From an uncultured Verrucomicrobiae bacterium (lineage in GTDB: Bacteria; Verrucomicrobiota; Verrucomicrobiia; Chthoniobacterales; UBA10450), in assembly GCA_963726745.1 (NCBI GenBank), contig CAVSDR010000006.1, positions 320,001 through 384,000 on the forward strand: 64,000 nucleotides of DNA, in the 5' to 3' direction. The notes below the pieces were generated by a model, which was given only the letters and a program-made list of their open reading frames with translations, did not search any database and had not been told where the DNA came from. Below, piece after piece: positions 29,561 through 38,938 of this stretch. Each line of letters starts with the position of its first letter. Positions within the stretch are counted from its first letter, which is position 1. Position numbers and translations under genes: made by a program.

Positions 29561-32017
29561 ATGAAAGCCTGGAAGATCACGCTCCTCTTCGCCGCGCTCG
29601 CGCTCCTCCTTTGGTGGCTCGCGCCTTCGCGCGCGCTCTCGCGCGAGCCTGGCGTGGTCGAGATCAGCTACCTCGGCGACAGTGGGCCAAACTCCGCCGC
29701 GGTCGAGGATGCGATTCGTGTTTTTGAAAACGAAAGCCGTGCGCGCCATGCGGCCGATCCCACGCAGCCGATCTATCGCGTGATCGCCGGGCAAAACGCC
29801 TCGCGCGACATGACCGCGGACCCGACGCGCTTTCTCGTGAGCGTGGCCGGTGGGCAACCGCCGGACCTGATCCTGTTCGATCGTTATGCGGTGAGCGAAT
29901 GGGCCGCGCGCGGGGCCTTCACCAAATTAGACAGCTTTCTCGCGCGCGAAGCCGCAGGCGGAAAAGCCGACCCGATCCGCGCGGAGAATTATTACCGCTC
30001 CTGCTGGGACGAGGTCGTGTTCGTCAATCCCGTTACCGGCGAGCGCGGGACCTACGGCATCCCGGAACGCGTGGACGACCGCGCGCTCTTTTATAATAAG
30101 TCGCTGCTAAAACGTGGTGGCTTCGTCGATGCCAGCGGCGAGGCGCGGCCGCCGCAGACGCTCGAGGAACTCGCCGCGATGGCGCCCGCGCTGACTGAGC
30201 GCGACGCGCGCGGCAACATCACGCGGCTCGGGTTTGCCCCGAACTACGGCAACGCCTGGCTCTACATCTACAGCTGGATGATGGGCGGCCAATTCCTGAG
30301 CGCGGATGCCAAGACCTGCACGCTCAACTCGCCCACGAACGTCGCCGCGCTCAACTGGATGGTGCAGGTTTACGATTCGGTCGGCGGCGCGGCGGCGGTC
30401 TATGCGTTCCAGAGCAGCGCGCAAACCGGGCAGCTCGATCCTTTCACCCAGGGCACGGTGGCGATGAAGATCGACGGCTACTGGAACTTCCCGGAAAACC
30501 TCGCGCAATTCGGCGCCAATTTAGACTACGGGCTCGCAGTGCCGCCGTTACCCGCGGCCGAGGTGGCGAAGGGGCGCAACGGTTTTTCGTGGGTCAGCGG
30601 CTGGTGCTTTGCGATTCCCTCCACCGCGCAGAACAAGGAAGGCGGTTGGGAATTGCTCCGTTTTCTCGCGAGTCCGCGCGCGGCCGAGATCATCGGCGAG
30701 AGCAACCGGCTGACGCTCGAGAGCCAGGGGCGCATCTATGTGCCCACACAAAGCGCGAATCGGCAGACTAACGAGTGGTTGTTCCAGCGCTACGTCGCCG
30801 GCAATCCCGCGGTCCCGGAGAAAGTGCGCGACGGCGTCAAGCTGCTGAATGATTTGCTCGAGACCTCGCCCTTCCGGCCAGTCACGCCCGTCGGCCAGCT
30901 CCTTTTCAACGAACAAAAACGCGCGACCGAGAACGCGATCTTCCACAAGCTCCCGCCGCAGGCCGCGCTCGACGAGAGCACGCGCGTAGTCCAGCAGGCG
31001 CTCGACCGCGCGCTCGCGCCCCCGCGCGGCGCGGTGATTCCGTGGCGGTATTTTATTTGGGTCTACCTCGCGCTCCTTCTCGCGACCGCGGGCTCCATCT
31101 ATTGGTGGGAAACCCGGCGACGGACCGTCGAGGGAACCCAGAGCCGCTATTTCCGCACCCAATGGCGCGGGGGCTGGCTCACCGCCTCGCCCTGGATCCT
31201 CGGCTTTATCGTGCTCACCGGCGGGCCGATTCTTTTCTCGGTCATCATTAGTCTAAGCGACTACGACATTCTCAATCCCGCGCGCTTCGTCGGCCTGGCG
31301 AATTACCGGCGGATGTTCACCGCCGACCCGCTTTTTTGGAAGGCGGTCGGCAACACCACTTACATGATCCTGGGCATTCCGCTCGGGATGGCGCTCAGCC
31401 TCGGGATCGCGCTCCTGCTCAACCTCGAGATCCGCGGCGTGGCCCTCTGGCGCACCTTTTTCTATCTCCCGTCGATCGTGCCTGCGGTCGCTTCCAGCAT
31501 TCTCTGGATCTGGATTTTCAATCCCAACGCCGGCCTCTTAAACAGCATTCTCTTGTCCTTCGGGATTCACGGTCCGAACTGGCTGCAGGATGAAAGCACG
31601 AGCAAACCGGCCTTGATCATCATGGGTCTCTGGAGCGCCGGCGGCGGAATGATCATCTGGCTCGCGGGCTTGAAAGGGATCAGCGAGACCTATTACGAAG
31701 CCGCGGCGCTCGACGGCGCGAATGCCTGGCAACGTTTCCGCCACGTGACCCTGCCGCTGCTCACGCCGTACATCTTCTTTAACGTCATCATGGGTCTCAT
31801 CGGCACGCTGCAGATCTTTACCCAGGCCTTTATCATGACCCAGGGCGGGCCGGTCGATTCGACGCTCTTCTACGCCTATCACCTGTTCAACCACGCCTTC
31901 CGCTTCCTGCAGATGGGCTACGCCTCTGCGCTCGGGTGGTTTCTCTTTTTGGCTGTGCTCGGGTTGACCTTGCTGCAGCTCAAGCTCTCGAAACGCTGGG
32001 TGCATTATGAGGAGTAG
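29561..32017 (+). CDS. Fused extracellular solute-binding protein / carbohydrate ABC permease
   Basis: Signal/anchor, family-1 SBP features (PPDLI, ALFYNKSLL, GWELLRFL), then TM domain with EAA motif (YYEAAALDGANAWQRFRHVTLPLL), all in one frame. Confidence 0.88.
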   Translation: MKAWKITLLFAALALLLWWLAPSRALSREPGVVEISYLGDSGPNSAAVEDAIRVFENESRARHAADPTQPIYRVIAGQNASRDMTADPTRFLVSVAGGQPPDLILFDRYAVSEWAARGAFTKLDSFLAREAAGGKADPIRAENYYRSCWDEVVFVNPVTGERGTYGIPERVDDRALFYNKSLLKRGGFVDASGEARPPQTLEELAAMAPALTERDARGNITRLGFAPNYGNAWLYIYSWMMGGQFLSADAKTCTLNSPTNVAALNWMVQVYDSVGGAAAVYAFQSSAQTGQLDPFTQGTVAMKIDGYWNFPENLAQFGANLDYGLAVPPLPAAEVAKGRNGFSWVSGWCFAIPSTAQNKEGGWELLRFLASPRAAEIIGESNRLTLESQGRIYVPTQSANRQTNEWLFQRYVAGNPAVPEKVRDGVKLLNDLLETSPFRPVTPVGQLLFNEQKRATENAIFHKLPPQAALDESTRVVQQALDRALAPPRGAVIPWRYFIWVYLALLLATAGSIYWWETRRRTVEGTQSRYFRTQWRGGWLTASPWILGFIVLTGGPILFSVIISLSDYDILNPARFVGLANYRRMFTADPLFWKAVGNTTYMILGIPLGMALSLGIALLLNLEIRGVALWRTFFYLPSIVPAVASSILWIWIFNPNAGLLNSILLSFGIHGPNWLQDESTSKPALIIMGLWSAGGGMIIWLAGLKGISETYYEAAALDGANAWQRFRHVTLPLLTPYIFFNVIMGLIGTLQIFTQAFIMTQGGPVDSTLFYAYHLFNHAFRFLQMGYASALGWFLFLAVLGLTLLQLKLSKRWVHYEE

Positions 32018-32029
32018 CGGAAGCTCGAT

Positions 32030-33661
32030 ATGATCCGGCGCCTGCTCATCTATGCGGCCTTAATTGCCGGCAGCCTCGTCTTTGTCTGGCCCTTCCTCTG
32101 GATGGCCGCGACCTCGGCCAAGCTCGACCGCGAGATGTTCGCGGGAAACCGGTTGCTCCCGGAAACGCCGGTCCCGCGCCTGCAATCGCCTTACCTCGAC
32201 GAGCGCATCTTTGCCGAGGTGGAAGCGGGAAAAGCGCTCCCGCTGATCGAGGCGCAGCTGGCCGCGCTCGCCTACCCGTGGCCCGCGGACGTCGATCAGA
32301 CCGCCCTCGAAAAACAGGTCGCGCGCGGCCTTTCCCAACAGCTGCAAAACTCCCTCCCGCCCGAGACCTGGAAGCTGCCTAACGAGGCGTTGGCGCCCAC
32401 CATCGCAGCTGCGATCACGCCGAAATTAGTCAGCGATCTGGTGGCGCAGGTGCGCCACGTTTTCGGCGTCGGCCAACTGCTGGCCCGCTCAACCGACCTC
32501 CAGGAAGACAAGCTTGTTTCCGCGGACCGCGCCGCGACCGCCTGGCAGGTCGCGGGCAGCGCCGCTGCGCAGCTCACTCCCGCCGGCAGCGCGACGGAGC
32601 CCTACGCGCAATTAGCCTACGATTTCACCCGCGGCGACACCGTGATCCTGTCGCAGACCTTCACCACCACGTTCCCAGTGGAGAAGCTCTTCCGCTTGCA
32701 GATGGCGTTGCGCTACGACAACACCTGGCACGCGCTCCGGCTCTTCGTGGAGAAAAATGGCGTGCGCTTCCGCGCAGTCCGCGCGCTCGAAGCCTCGGAC
32801 TCGAACTGGGTGGTCAACACCTGGCAGGAGCCCGGACCGGACGATGAGCTCACGCGCATCCGCACCTGGACGCTGCTGAAACCGGTGGGCTCTTCGCCGG
32901 TAACCGCGCCTAACGAGATGAAGATCACGCTCGAGTTGCGCCAGGTGAATCAACTCGAAGCCTGGTGGTCCAAGCTGCGGCGGAACTACCGGCTGACGCT
33001 CGATTACATCCCGTTCTGGCGTTACGTCGGCACGAGCGTTTTTTTGGTGATCCTGAACTTAGTCGGCACGCTCTTCAGTTGCTCGCTCGTGGCCTACAGC
33101 TTTGCCCGGCTGCAATGGCCCGGCCGCAATTTCTGCTTCGCGCTCATGCTCGCGACCATGATGCTGCCCGCGCAGGTCACGATGATCCCGCAATTCCTGA
33201 TCATGCAAAGACTGGGCTGGTATAACACGCTCACGCCGCTCTGGATTGCGAGCTTTGTCGCGCCGGCCTTCTACGTCTTTTTGTTGCGCCAATTCCTCAA
33301 AGGCATCCCGCGCGATCTCGAGGATGCGGCGCGGCTCGATGGCTGTGGTTATTTCCGGATCTACTGGCACATCATGTTGCCGCTGATCAAACCGACGCTG
33401 GCCGCGATCGCGATCTTCACCTTTCTCGCCACCTGGAATGAATTCATGGCGCCGTTAATTTACTTAAGCGACAAGCGCCTCTACCCCCTCTCCTTCGGGC
33501 TCTATGCTTTCCAGGTAGAGATCGCGAATCCCGGCACGGCCAAGGGCATGGGGATGATGATGGCCGGCTCGCTCCTGATGACTTTGCCGGTGATCGCGAT
33601 CTTCTTTTTCGCGCAGCGCTACTTCCTCCGCGGCGTGACCCTCACGGGGATGAAGGGATAG
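32030..33661 (+). CDS. Carbohydrate ABC permease (MalG-like) with large extracytoplasmic insertion
   Basis: First TM, about 290-aa soluble insert, then AYSFARL and LEDAARLDGCGYFRIYWHIMLPL. Confidence 0.88.
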   Translation: MIRRLLIYAALIAGSLVFVWPFLWMAATSAKLDREMFAGNRLLPETPVPRLQSPYLDERIFAEVEAGKALPLIEAQLAALAYPWPADVDQTALEKQVARGLSQQLQNSLPPETWKLPNEALAPTIAAAITPKLVSDLVAQVRHVFGVGQLLARSTDLQEDKLVSADRAATAWQVAGSAAAQLTPAGSATEPYAQLAYDFTRGDTVILSQTFTTTFPVEKLFRLQMALRYDNTWHALRLFVEKNGVRFRAVRALEASDSNWVVNTWQEPGPDDELTRIRTWTLLKPVGSSPVTAPNEMKITLELRQVNQLEAWWSKLRRNYRLTLDYIPFWRYVGTSVFLVILNLVGTLFSCSLVAYSFARLQWPGRNFCFALMLATMMLPAQVTMIPQFLIMQRLGWYNTLTPLWIASFVAPAFYVFLLRQFLKGIPRDLEDAARLDGCGYFRIYWHIMLPLIKPTLAAIAIFTFLATWNEFMAPLIYLSDKRLYPLSFGLYAFQVEIANPGTAKGMGMMMAGSLLMTLPVIAIFFFAQRYFLRGVTLTGMKG

Positions 33662-34199
33662 CCGGCAAGATGCCGAGCAGGCTGCCACGCGTGGCCGGCA
33701 ATTTTCCAAAGAGCGCCGCGAGCGCGCGCGCCGGGTGGCTCCTGACTGCGGCCGCATCGTGCACACCCGCGATGCGCGCGAGCTCCATCTCGAAATGCGT
33801 CACCGCACGAAGTGTCGGCTCTTTTTCGGAAAGGAAACCGAAGGCGCGTTGCAGGAGCGAGAAGAGTTCCGGCTCGTGGTGATCGGACTCCGTGCAAAGC
33901 TCGATCAACTCGACGAAATAACTCGCCGCCTGCGTCCGCGGATAGCTTAGGCGAATGCCGGAAAATGTCTCGAGGAGCGAGACTTCACGGAGCGTGTGCA
34001 GAGTCGAGCGCTTGCTCAGCGCGAGCTGGATTTCCGCCTCGAAGAAAAGGTCGAGCTTGCCGGCAAACGGGCTCTTCGCGCGGCGCGCGCCCTTGGCCAC
34101 CGTCTGGATCACGCCGAGCGAATCGGTGCACCAGGAGATGATCAGGCTGGTGTCGCTGAGCTTGCGCTTGCGCAGGAGAATGGCGCGCGTGCTTTGCAC
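33642..34199 (-). CDS. recO: DNA repair protein RecO (short form)
   Basis: AILLRKRKLSDTSLII, VAKGARRAKSPFAGKLDLF. Confidence 0.85.
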   Translation of the reverse strand: MQSTRAILLRKRKLSDTSLIISWCTDSLGVIQTVAKGARRAKSPFAGKLDLFFEAEIQLALSKRSTLHTLREVSLLETFSGIRLSYPRTQAASYFVELIELCTESDHHEPELFSLLQRAFGFLSEKEPTLRAVTHFEMELARIAGVHDAAAVRSHPARALAALFGKLPATRGSLLGILPAIPSSP

Positions 34200-34202
34200 T
34201 CG

Positions 34203-35832
34203 TTAGCCGACGTAGCGCTGCGCGATCGGCATGCGCCGGCCGAGGCCAAAGGCGCGGCTCGTGACCTTGATTCCGGGGGCGGCCTGCTCGCGCTTGTATT
34301 CATTTAAGTCGACCCGGCGCTGGACCCAGCGCACGGTCGTTTCCTCGAAGCCGGCGCTGAACAATGTCGGAAGCGCTCAGGTTTTCCTCCACGTAGAGGC
34401 GCAGGATTTCGTCGAGGATCTCGTAGGGCGGGAGCGTGTCCTGGTCTTTCTGGTCGGGCTTGAGCTCGGCGCTTGGCGGCTTCTCGATCGTCGCGGACGG
34501 GATCACTTCGCGCTCGCGATTCATCCAACGGGAAAGCTCGTAGACCATCGTCTTGGGAACGTCGCTGATGACCGCGAGACCGCCGGCCATATCGCCGTAG
34601 ATCGTGCAATAACCAACCGCGAGCTCGCTCTTGTTTCCGGTGGTCAGAAGGATGTGGCCGAACTTATTAGACAGCGACATCAGGATCATGCCGCGCAGGC
34701 GCGACTGCATGTTTTCCTCCGTCGTGTCCTCCGGCAGTCCCTGAAAAACTTCGGCAAACTGCGCTTTGAAGCAGCCGAAGGCATCGCCGATCGGAATGCT
34801 CAGGCATTTGATCCCGAGATTGCGCGCGAGCGCAAAGGCGTCCTCGATGCTTCCCTGCGACGAGTAAGGGCTGGGCATGGAAACACCGACCACGTTTTCC
34901 GCTCCGAGCGCTTCCACCGCGAGCGCCGCGACCACCGCGGAATCGATCCCGCCGCTTAGCCCGAGCACGGCCGAGCGGAAGCCGCACTTCCGCAGGTAAT
35001 CGCGCAGGCCGAGCACGAGCGCGTCATTCAGATCGGCCATGGCCGCGCGCGAAACAGCCGGCAAGATGGCGGCTGCCGCGGTGTCCACCACGGCTTCCGC
35101 TTCGCGGAATCCCGGAAGCTGCGCGATCAAATCACCCCGCTGATTCACCGCGATCGAGTGGCCATCGAAAACGAGCTGGTCGTTTCCACCGACTGCGTTG
35201 CAATAGCAAATCGCGCGGCCGAATTGGCGCGCGAGCCCGGCGACCAGGTCGCGGCGCACCGCCGGCTTGTCGAGGCTGAACGGGGAAGCGCTCAGGTTCA
35301 CGATCAACTCCGCGCCTTGCGCGACTAACGACTCCACCGGCCGGAGGTCGTAGTAGGGGCGCCCGAGGAATTCCTCCGTCCAGATGTCTTCACAGATGGT
35401 GACGCCGATTTTTCGACCGCCGATTTCCACCGGGGCCACGGCGCGGGCGCGCTCGAAATAGCGGTCTTCATCAAAGACATCGTAGGTCGGCAGGAGCGAT
35501 TTGTGCGTCATGCGCATCGGCCGGCCACGCTCGAGGACAGCCGCGGAATTGAAGAAAGGCTTCCCGACGCCGGAGTTTTTCTCCACGCAGCCGACGATTA
35601 GCGGCACCGGACCGACGAGCGCATGCAGCCGCTCGACCAGGGCGAGGTTTTCGGGGACAAAGCGCGACTTGAAGACGAGGTCCTGTGGCGGGTAACCGGG
35701 GATTGCCAATTCCGGGGTGATCACCAATTCGGCGCCTGCCGCGGCGAGACGCTCATAGGCCGCCGCGACCTTCTCGAAGTTTCCCTGGAGGTCGCCGACG
35801 GTCGGGTTGATTTGCGCAAAGCCGACTCTCAT
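34203..35832 (-). CDS. nadE: Glutamine-dependent NAD+ synthetase; apparent frameshift near 34360
   Basis: Nitrilase domain (PEL, K, ICEDIW), [21 protein letters not shown]-terminal [11 protein letters not shown] in another frame. Confidence 0.92.
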
Positions 35833-35869
35833 CTCGCGCCCAGAGCGTAGGCGCAGCGCCGCCGCCGCG

Positions 35870-36031
35870 CTAGTGCCGCTCCGCCAGGTCGTGCGGGGCG
35901 GTGTTCTTGTAGCCGGCGTTCAGGGCTTCGTCCGCGCCGGTGATGAACATTTTACCCCACTGGAAAAGGCCGGCCGCCAGGAAGCCTGCAATCAGGCAAA
36001 GGATCACCTTTTGGGAAAACGTGGCGTGCAT
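35870..36031 (-). CDS. Putative 53-aa small membrane protein (absent from the ORF track)
   Basis: ATG..TAG reading MHATFSQKVILCLIAGFLAAGLFQWGKMFITGADEALNAGYKNTAPHDLAERH; GC3-rich codons; fills the gap between co-oriented genes. Confidence 0.6.
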   Translation of the reverse strand: MHATFSQKVILCLIAGFLAAGLFQWGKMFITGADEALNAGYKNTAPHDLAERH

Positions 36032-36079
36032 CTCGCCGGCTAAATTAGCAGGCGCAGTGCCACTGGACGCTCGGAGTTC

Positions 36080-36775
36080 CTACCAAAAGCCCCACTGGCC
36101 GGTATGCATAATCCAGAGGCCAAGAAGGAGATTGGTGAGCGCATGCGCGAGGACACAGGAGCCGAGGCTTTTCGTTCGATAGGCCACGAAATTGTAGAGC
36201 GCGCCGGTGATCGCGGCGGGAATCCAATCGGCCGTTGAATGCGCCAGGGTGAAGCCGCCAGTCACGACCGCGAAGGAGAGCCAGCTGAAGCTTCCGAAAG
36301 CTACCCGGTCGAATTTCTCGTCGATGAAGTAGCGCAACAAGAATCCCCGCCAAAAGATTTCCTCGACCAGCGGCACCACCACGACCAAGCGCAGAAAGCG
36401 CAGGAGGACGGAGGACCACCAAATGCCGGAGCGCGGCGGGAAGACATCTGGATTGAACCCCTCAAGCCGCGGGGCAAACCCAAGGAATGCCTGCGGAGAA
36501 ATCCACAGGAGAAAGACCAACGTCCCGACCGCACCGACAAAGAACACCTGGCGCACTCCGGCGAATTCGTAGCGCCGCCAAAACCAGAGGAGCAAGCCGC
36601 CGCAGACCAGGGTTTGCACCGGAAAGACCCAGTACTGCGGCTCGCGCAGGGCAAAGGCCGCGCTCCCGGCGAGCCGCACCAGACTAACGAGAGCAAGAAA
36701 GCCGATGAAGACGGCCATGGGCAGGGTGTAGGCTGGCAGCTTGCCATCCGTGCGGGAGGTGCTTAGAGAGAGCAT
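36080..36775 (-). CDS. CAAX prenyl protease-related (CPBP/Abi family) membrane protease
   Basis: EEIFWRG, FTLAH and HALTN motifs; multi-TM. Confidence 0.85.
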   Translation of the reverse strand: MLSLSTSRTDGKLPAYTLPMAVFIGFLALVSLVRLAGSAAFALREPQYWVFPVQTLVCGGLLLWFWRRYEFAGVRQVFFVGAVGTLVFLLWISPQAFLGFAPRLEGFNPDVFPPRSGIWWSSVLLRFLRLVVVVPLVEEIFWRGFLLRYFIDEKFDRVAFGSFSWLSFAVVTGGFTLAHSTADWIPAAITGALYNFVAYRTKSLGSCVLAHALTNLLLGLWIMHTGQWGFW

Positions 36776-36804
36776 GAGTGCAGCGCCCTACGTGGGCTGA
36801 ATTG

Positions 36805-37092
36805 ATGACCGACGGCAACCGCAAACCTGACCCCGATCCCGAGATTCTGATGAAGATGCTCGAGCTGGAGTTTGCCCAAAAGCGGGCTCAGCGAGCGCAA
36901 CTAAAGGGGCGCCTCAATGGCGTACGCGCGCTCGCGTTTCTCTTTCTTTTCCTGGTCATCGGCGGGGCTGTCTGGGCTTACTTTGTCTTCGTCCGAGCGG
37001 ATCGTCTGGGCGAACCGCACCCTGCGCAGTCCTCGCCAGAGCTGGAGCCAGCGCTCAGCGCGACGCCTCTACCTGCGGCCTCGCCGCGGTAG
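36805..37092 (+). CDS. Hypothetical single-TM protein
   Basis: ORF with one hydrophobic helix, directly upstream of the kinase. Confidence 0.5.
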   Translation: MTDGNRKPDPDPEILMKMLELEFAQKRAQRAQLKGRLNGVRALAFLFLFLVIGGAVWAYFVFVRADRLGEPHPAQSSPELEPALSATPLPAASPR

Positions 37093-37093
37093 G

Positions 37094-38938
37094 ATGACGA
37101 TCCGCTTCGAAACCCAGGTTGCTGCGGGTTCACTCCTGGCCGCGGCGGTCCTTGCGACCATTGCCGGTTTTTCGCTGGTCGCGGTGCACGACGCCGCCAT
37201 GACAGCGCACGAGGTTAGCCATACCTCCAAGGTGCTCGCAGAACTGCAAAGCACGCTCGCGGCTCTTTCCGACGCTGAGTCGGGCGTGCACGGCTTTCTC
37301 CTGACCGACGAACCAGCCTACCTCGAGCGGCAGGGAAAGGATTTCCAGCGCACGCGCGACTCTTTGCACCGGTTGGCCCGCGCCACGCGCAAGGATCCGC
37401 AAACGCGCGCTCGGGTCGCGCAACTGCGCGCGGAGGTAGGCGAGAAACTGGATTTCATGCGCGAGCTGCAAGCTGCACGCGAGAGACTCGGCCCCGCTGC
37501 GACCGCGGGGCTGGTGGTGACCGGCCGCGGGCGGGAGCTGATGGATCGCGTGACCGCCTCCGCCGCCGCTTTGGAGGAAAGTGAACGCGCGCTCTTGGTG
37601 AACCGCGAGGAAGCCGCCCGCGACAGCGCGCGCCGGAACATTCGGGCGGTCCTGCTCGCGGCCGCCGGCGATATCCTCCTCCTGGGCCTGGCCGTGTTGA
37701 TGATCCGCCGCGAGATCAAGGCGCGGCGGGAACTGGCCGAGCGGCTGCAGGACGAAGCCACGCGCTTGAATGCAATCATCCAGACGCAGGAGCAGATCGC
37801 GGAACGGGAATTGGAACCCGAGAGCGCTTTCGCCATGGTCGCGGAGCGCGCCCGCCGCCTGACCGGCGCCAGCGGTTCTAGCCTGCACTTTCTCGAAGGC
37901 GAGGAACTCGTGCGCCGGGCCGCGACCGGCGTGGCCGCCAATCCCTCGCCGCAGGCCGGGACGGAATTGCACCGGCTGACCGAGGCCTGCCTCGCGCGGC
38001 AGGAGTTAATGGCGAGCAACCACCTCGAGCCGGCCGGCGGCGGCGAGTGCGAAATTTGCAGCGTGATCCTGGCTCCGCTGCCCGGCGCCAGCGGTGCGCT
38101 CGGCGTGCTCGAAGTGCATTCCGAGAAGCGGGACGCCTTCTCGCGCACCGACCAACAGGCCCTCGCGCTCATCGCCGGTTTTGCCGCCACCGCCCTCGGC
38201 AACGCCAAGGCCTTCGCCACTCGCCAGCAGTTGATTAATCAACTGACCGCGCTCAACGAAGAACTCGAGGCTTTCAGCTTCTCCGTCTCGCACGATCTGC
38301 GTGCGCCGCTGCGGCACATCGATGGCTTCGTGGATCTACTGCGCCAACACGCCGGCCCCACGGCGGACGCGAAGACGCAGCATTATCTCGAGGTGATCGC
38401 CTCGGCGGCGCAACAGATGAGCCGCTTGATTGATGACCTGCTGGCCTTTGCGCGCATCGGCCGCGCGGAGTTGCATCGCGTGCCGGTGGATCTCGAGGAG
38501 CTCGTCCGCGCGGTCGTGGCCGAAATGGCTGATGACCTCGAGGGCCGCGCCATCGATTGGCAGATCGAGCCGCTGCCAACTGTCCAGGCCGATGCCACTT
38601 TGCTCCGCCAGGTGATGACCAATCTGCTGGCTAATGCCGCCAAGTATACCCGCCCGCGCGCCCCCGCGGTGATCACAACTGGCGCGACCCGCGAAAACGG
38701 TGAAGTTGTCGTCTACGTGCGTGACAACGGGGTGGGCTTCGAGCCGCAATCAGCCAGCCGGCTCTTCGGAGTCTTCGAGCGACTGCATGCGGCCGAGGAG
38801 TTCGAAGGGGTCGGCATTGGCCTGGCAAATGTCCGTCGTGTGATCCAAAAACACGGGGGCCGCGTCTGGGCCGAGGGCGTCCCCGGCGTTGGCGCGACTT
38901 TCTATTTTACCCTGCCCGATCCAACTGCCCCGCTTTGA
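37094..38938 (+). CDS. CHASE3-GAF sensor histidine kinase
   Basis: DAESGVHGFLLT (CHASE3), GAF-like region, SVSHDLRAPLRH, NLLANAAKY, DNGVGF, GIGLA. Confidence 0.9.
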   Translation: MTIRFETQVAAGSLLAAAVLATIAGFSLVAVHDAAMTAHEVSHTSKVLAELQSTLAALSDAESGVHGFLLTDEPAYLERQGKDFQRTRDSLHRLARATRKDPQTRARVAQLRAEVGEKLDFMRELQAARERLGPAATAGLVVTGRGRELMDRVTASAAALEESERALLVNREEAARDSARRNIRAVLLAAAGDILLLGLAVLMIRREIKARRELAERLQDEATRLNAIIQTQEQIAERELEPESAFAMVAERARRLTGASGSSLHFLEGEELVRRAATGVAANPSPQAGTELHRLTEACLARQELMASNHLEPAGGGECEICSVILAPLPGASGALGVLEVHSEKRDAFSRTDQQALALIAGFAATALGNAKAFATRQQLINQLTALNEELEAFSFSVSHDLRAPLRHIDGFVDLLRQHAGPTADAKTQHYLEVIASAAQQMSRLIDDLLAFARIGRAELHRVPVDLEELVRAVVAEMADDLEGRAIDWQIEPLPTVQADATLLRQVMTNLLANAAKYTRPRAPAVITTGATRENGEVVVYVRDNGVGFEPQSASRLFGVFERLHAAEEFEGVGIGLANVRRVIQKHGGRVWAEGVPGVGATFYFTLPDPTAPL

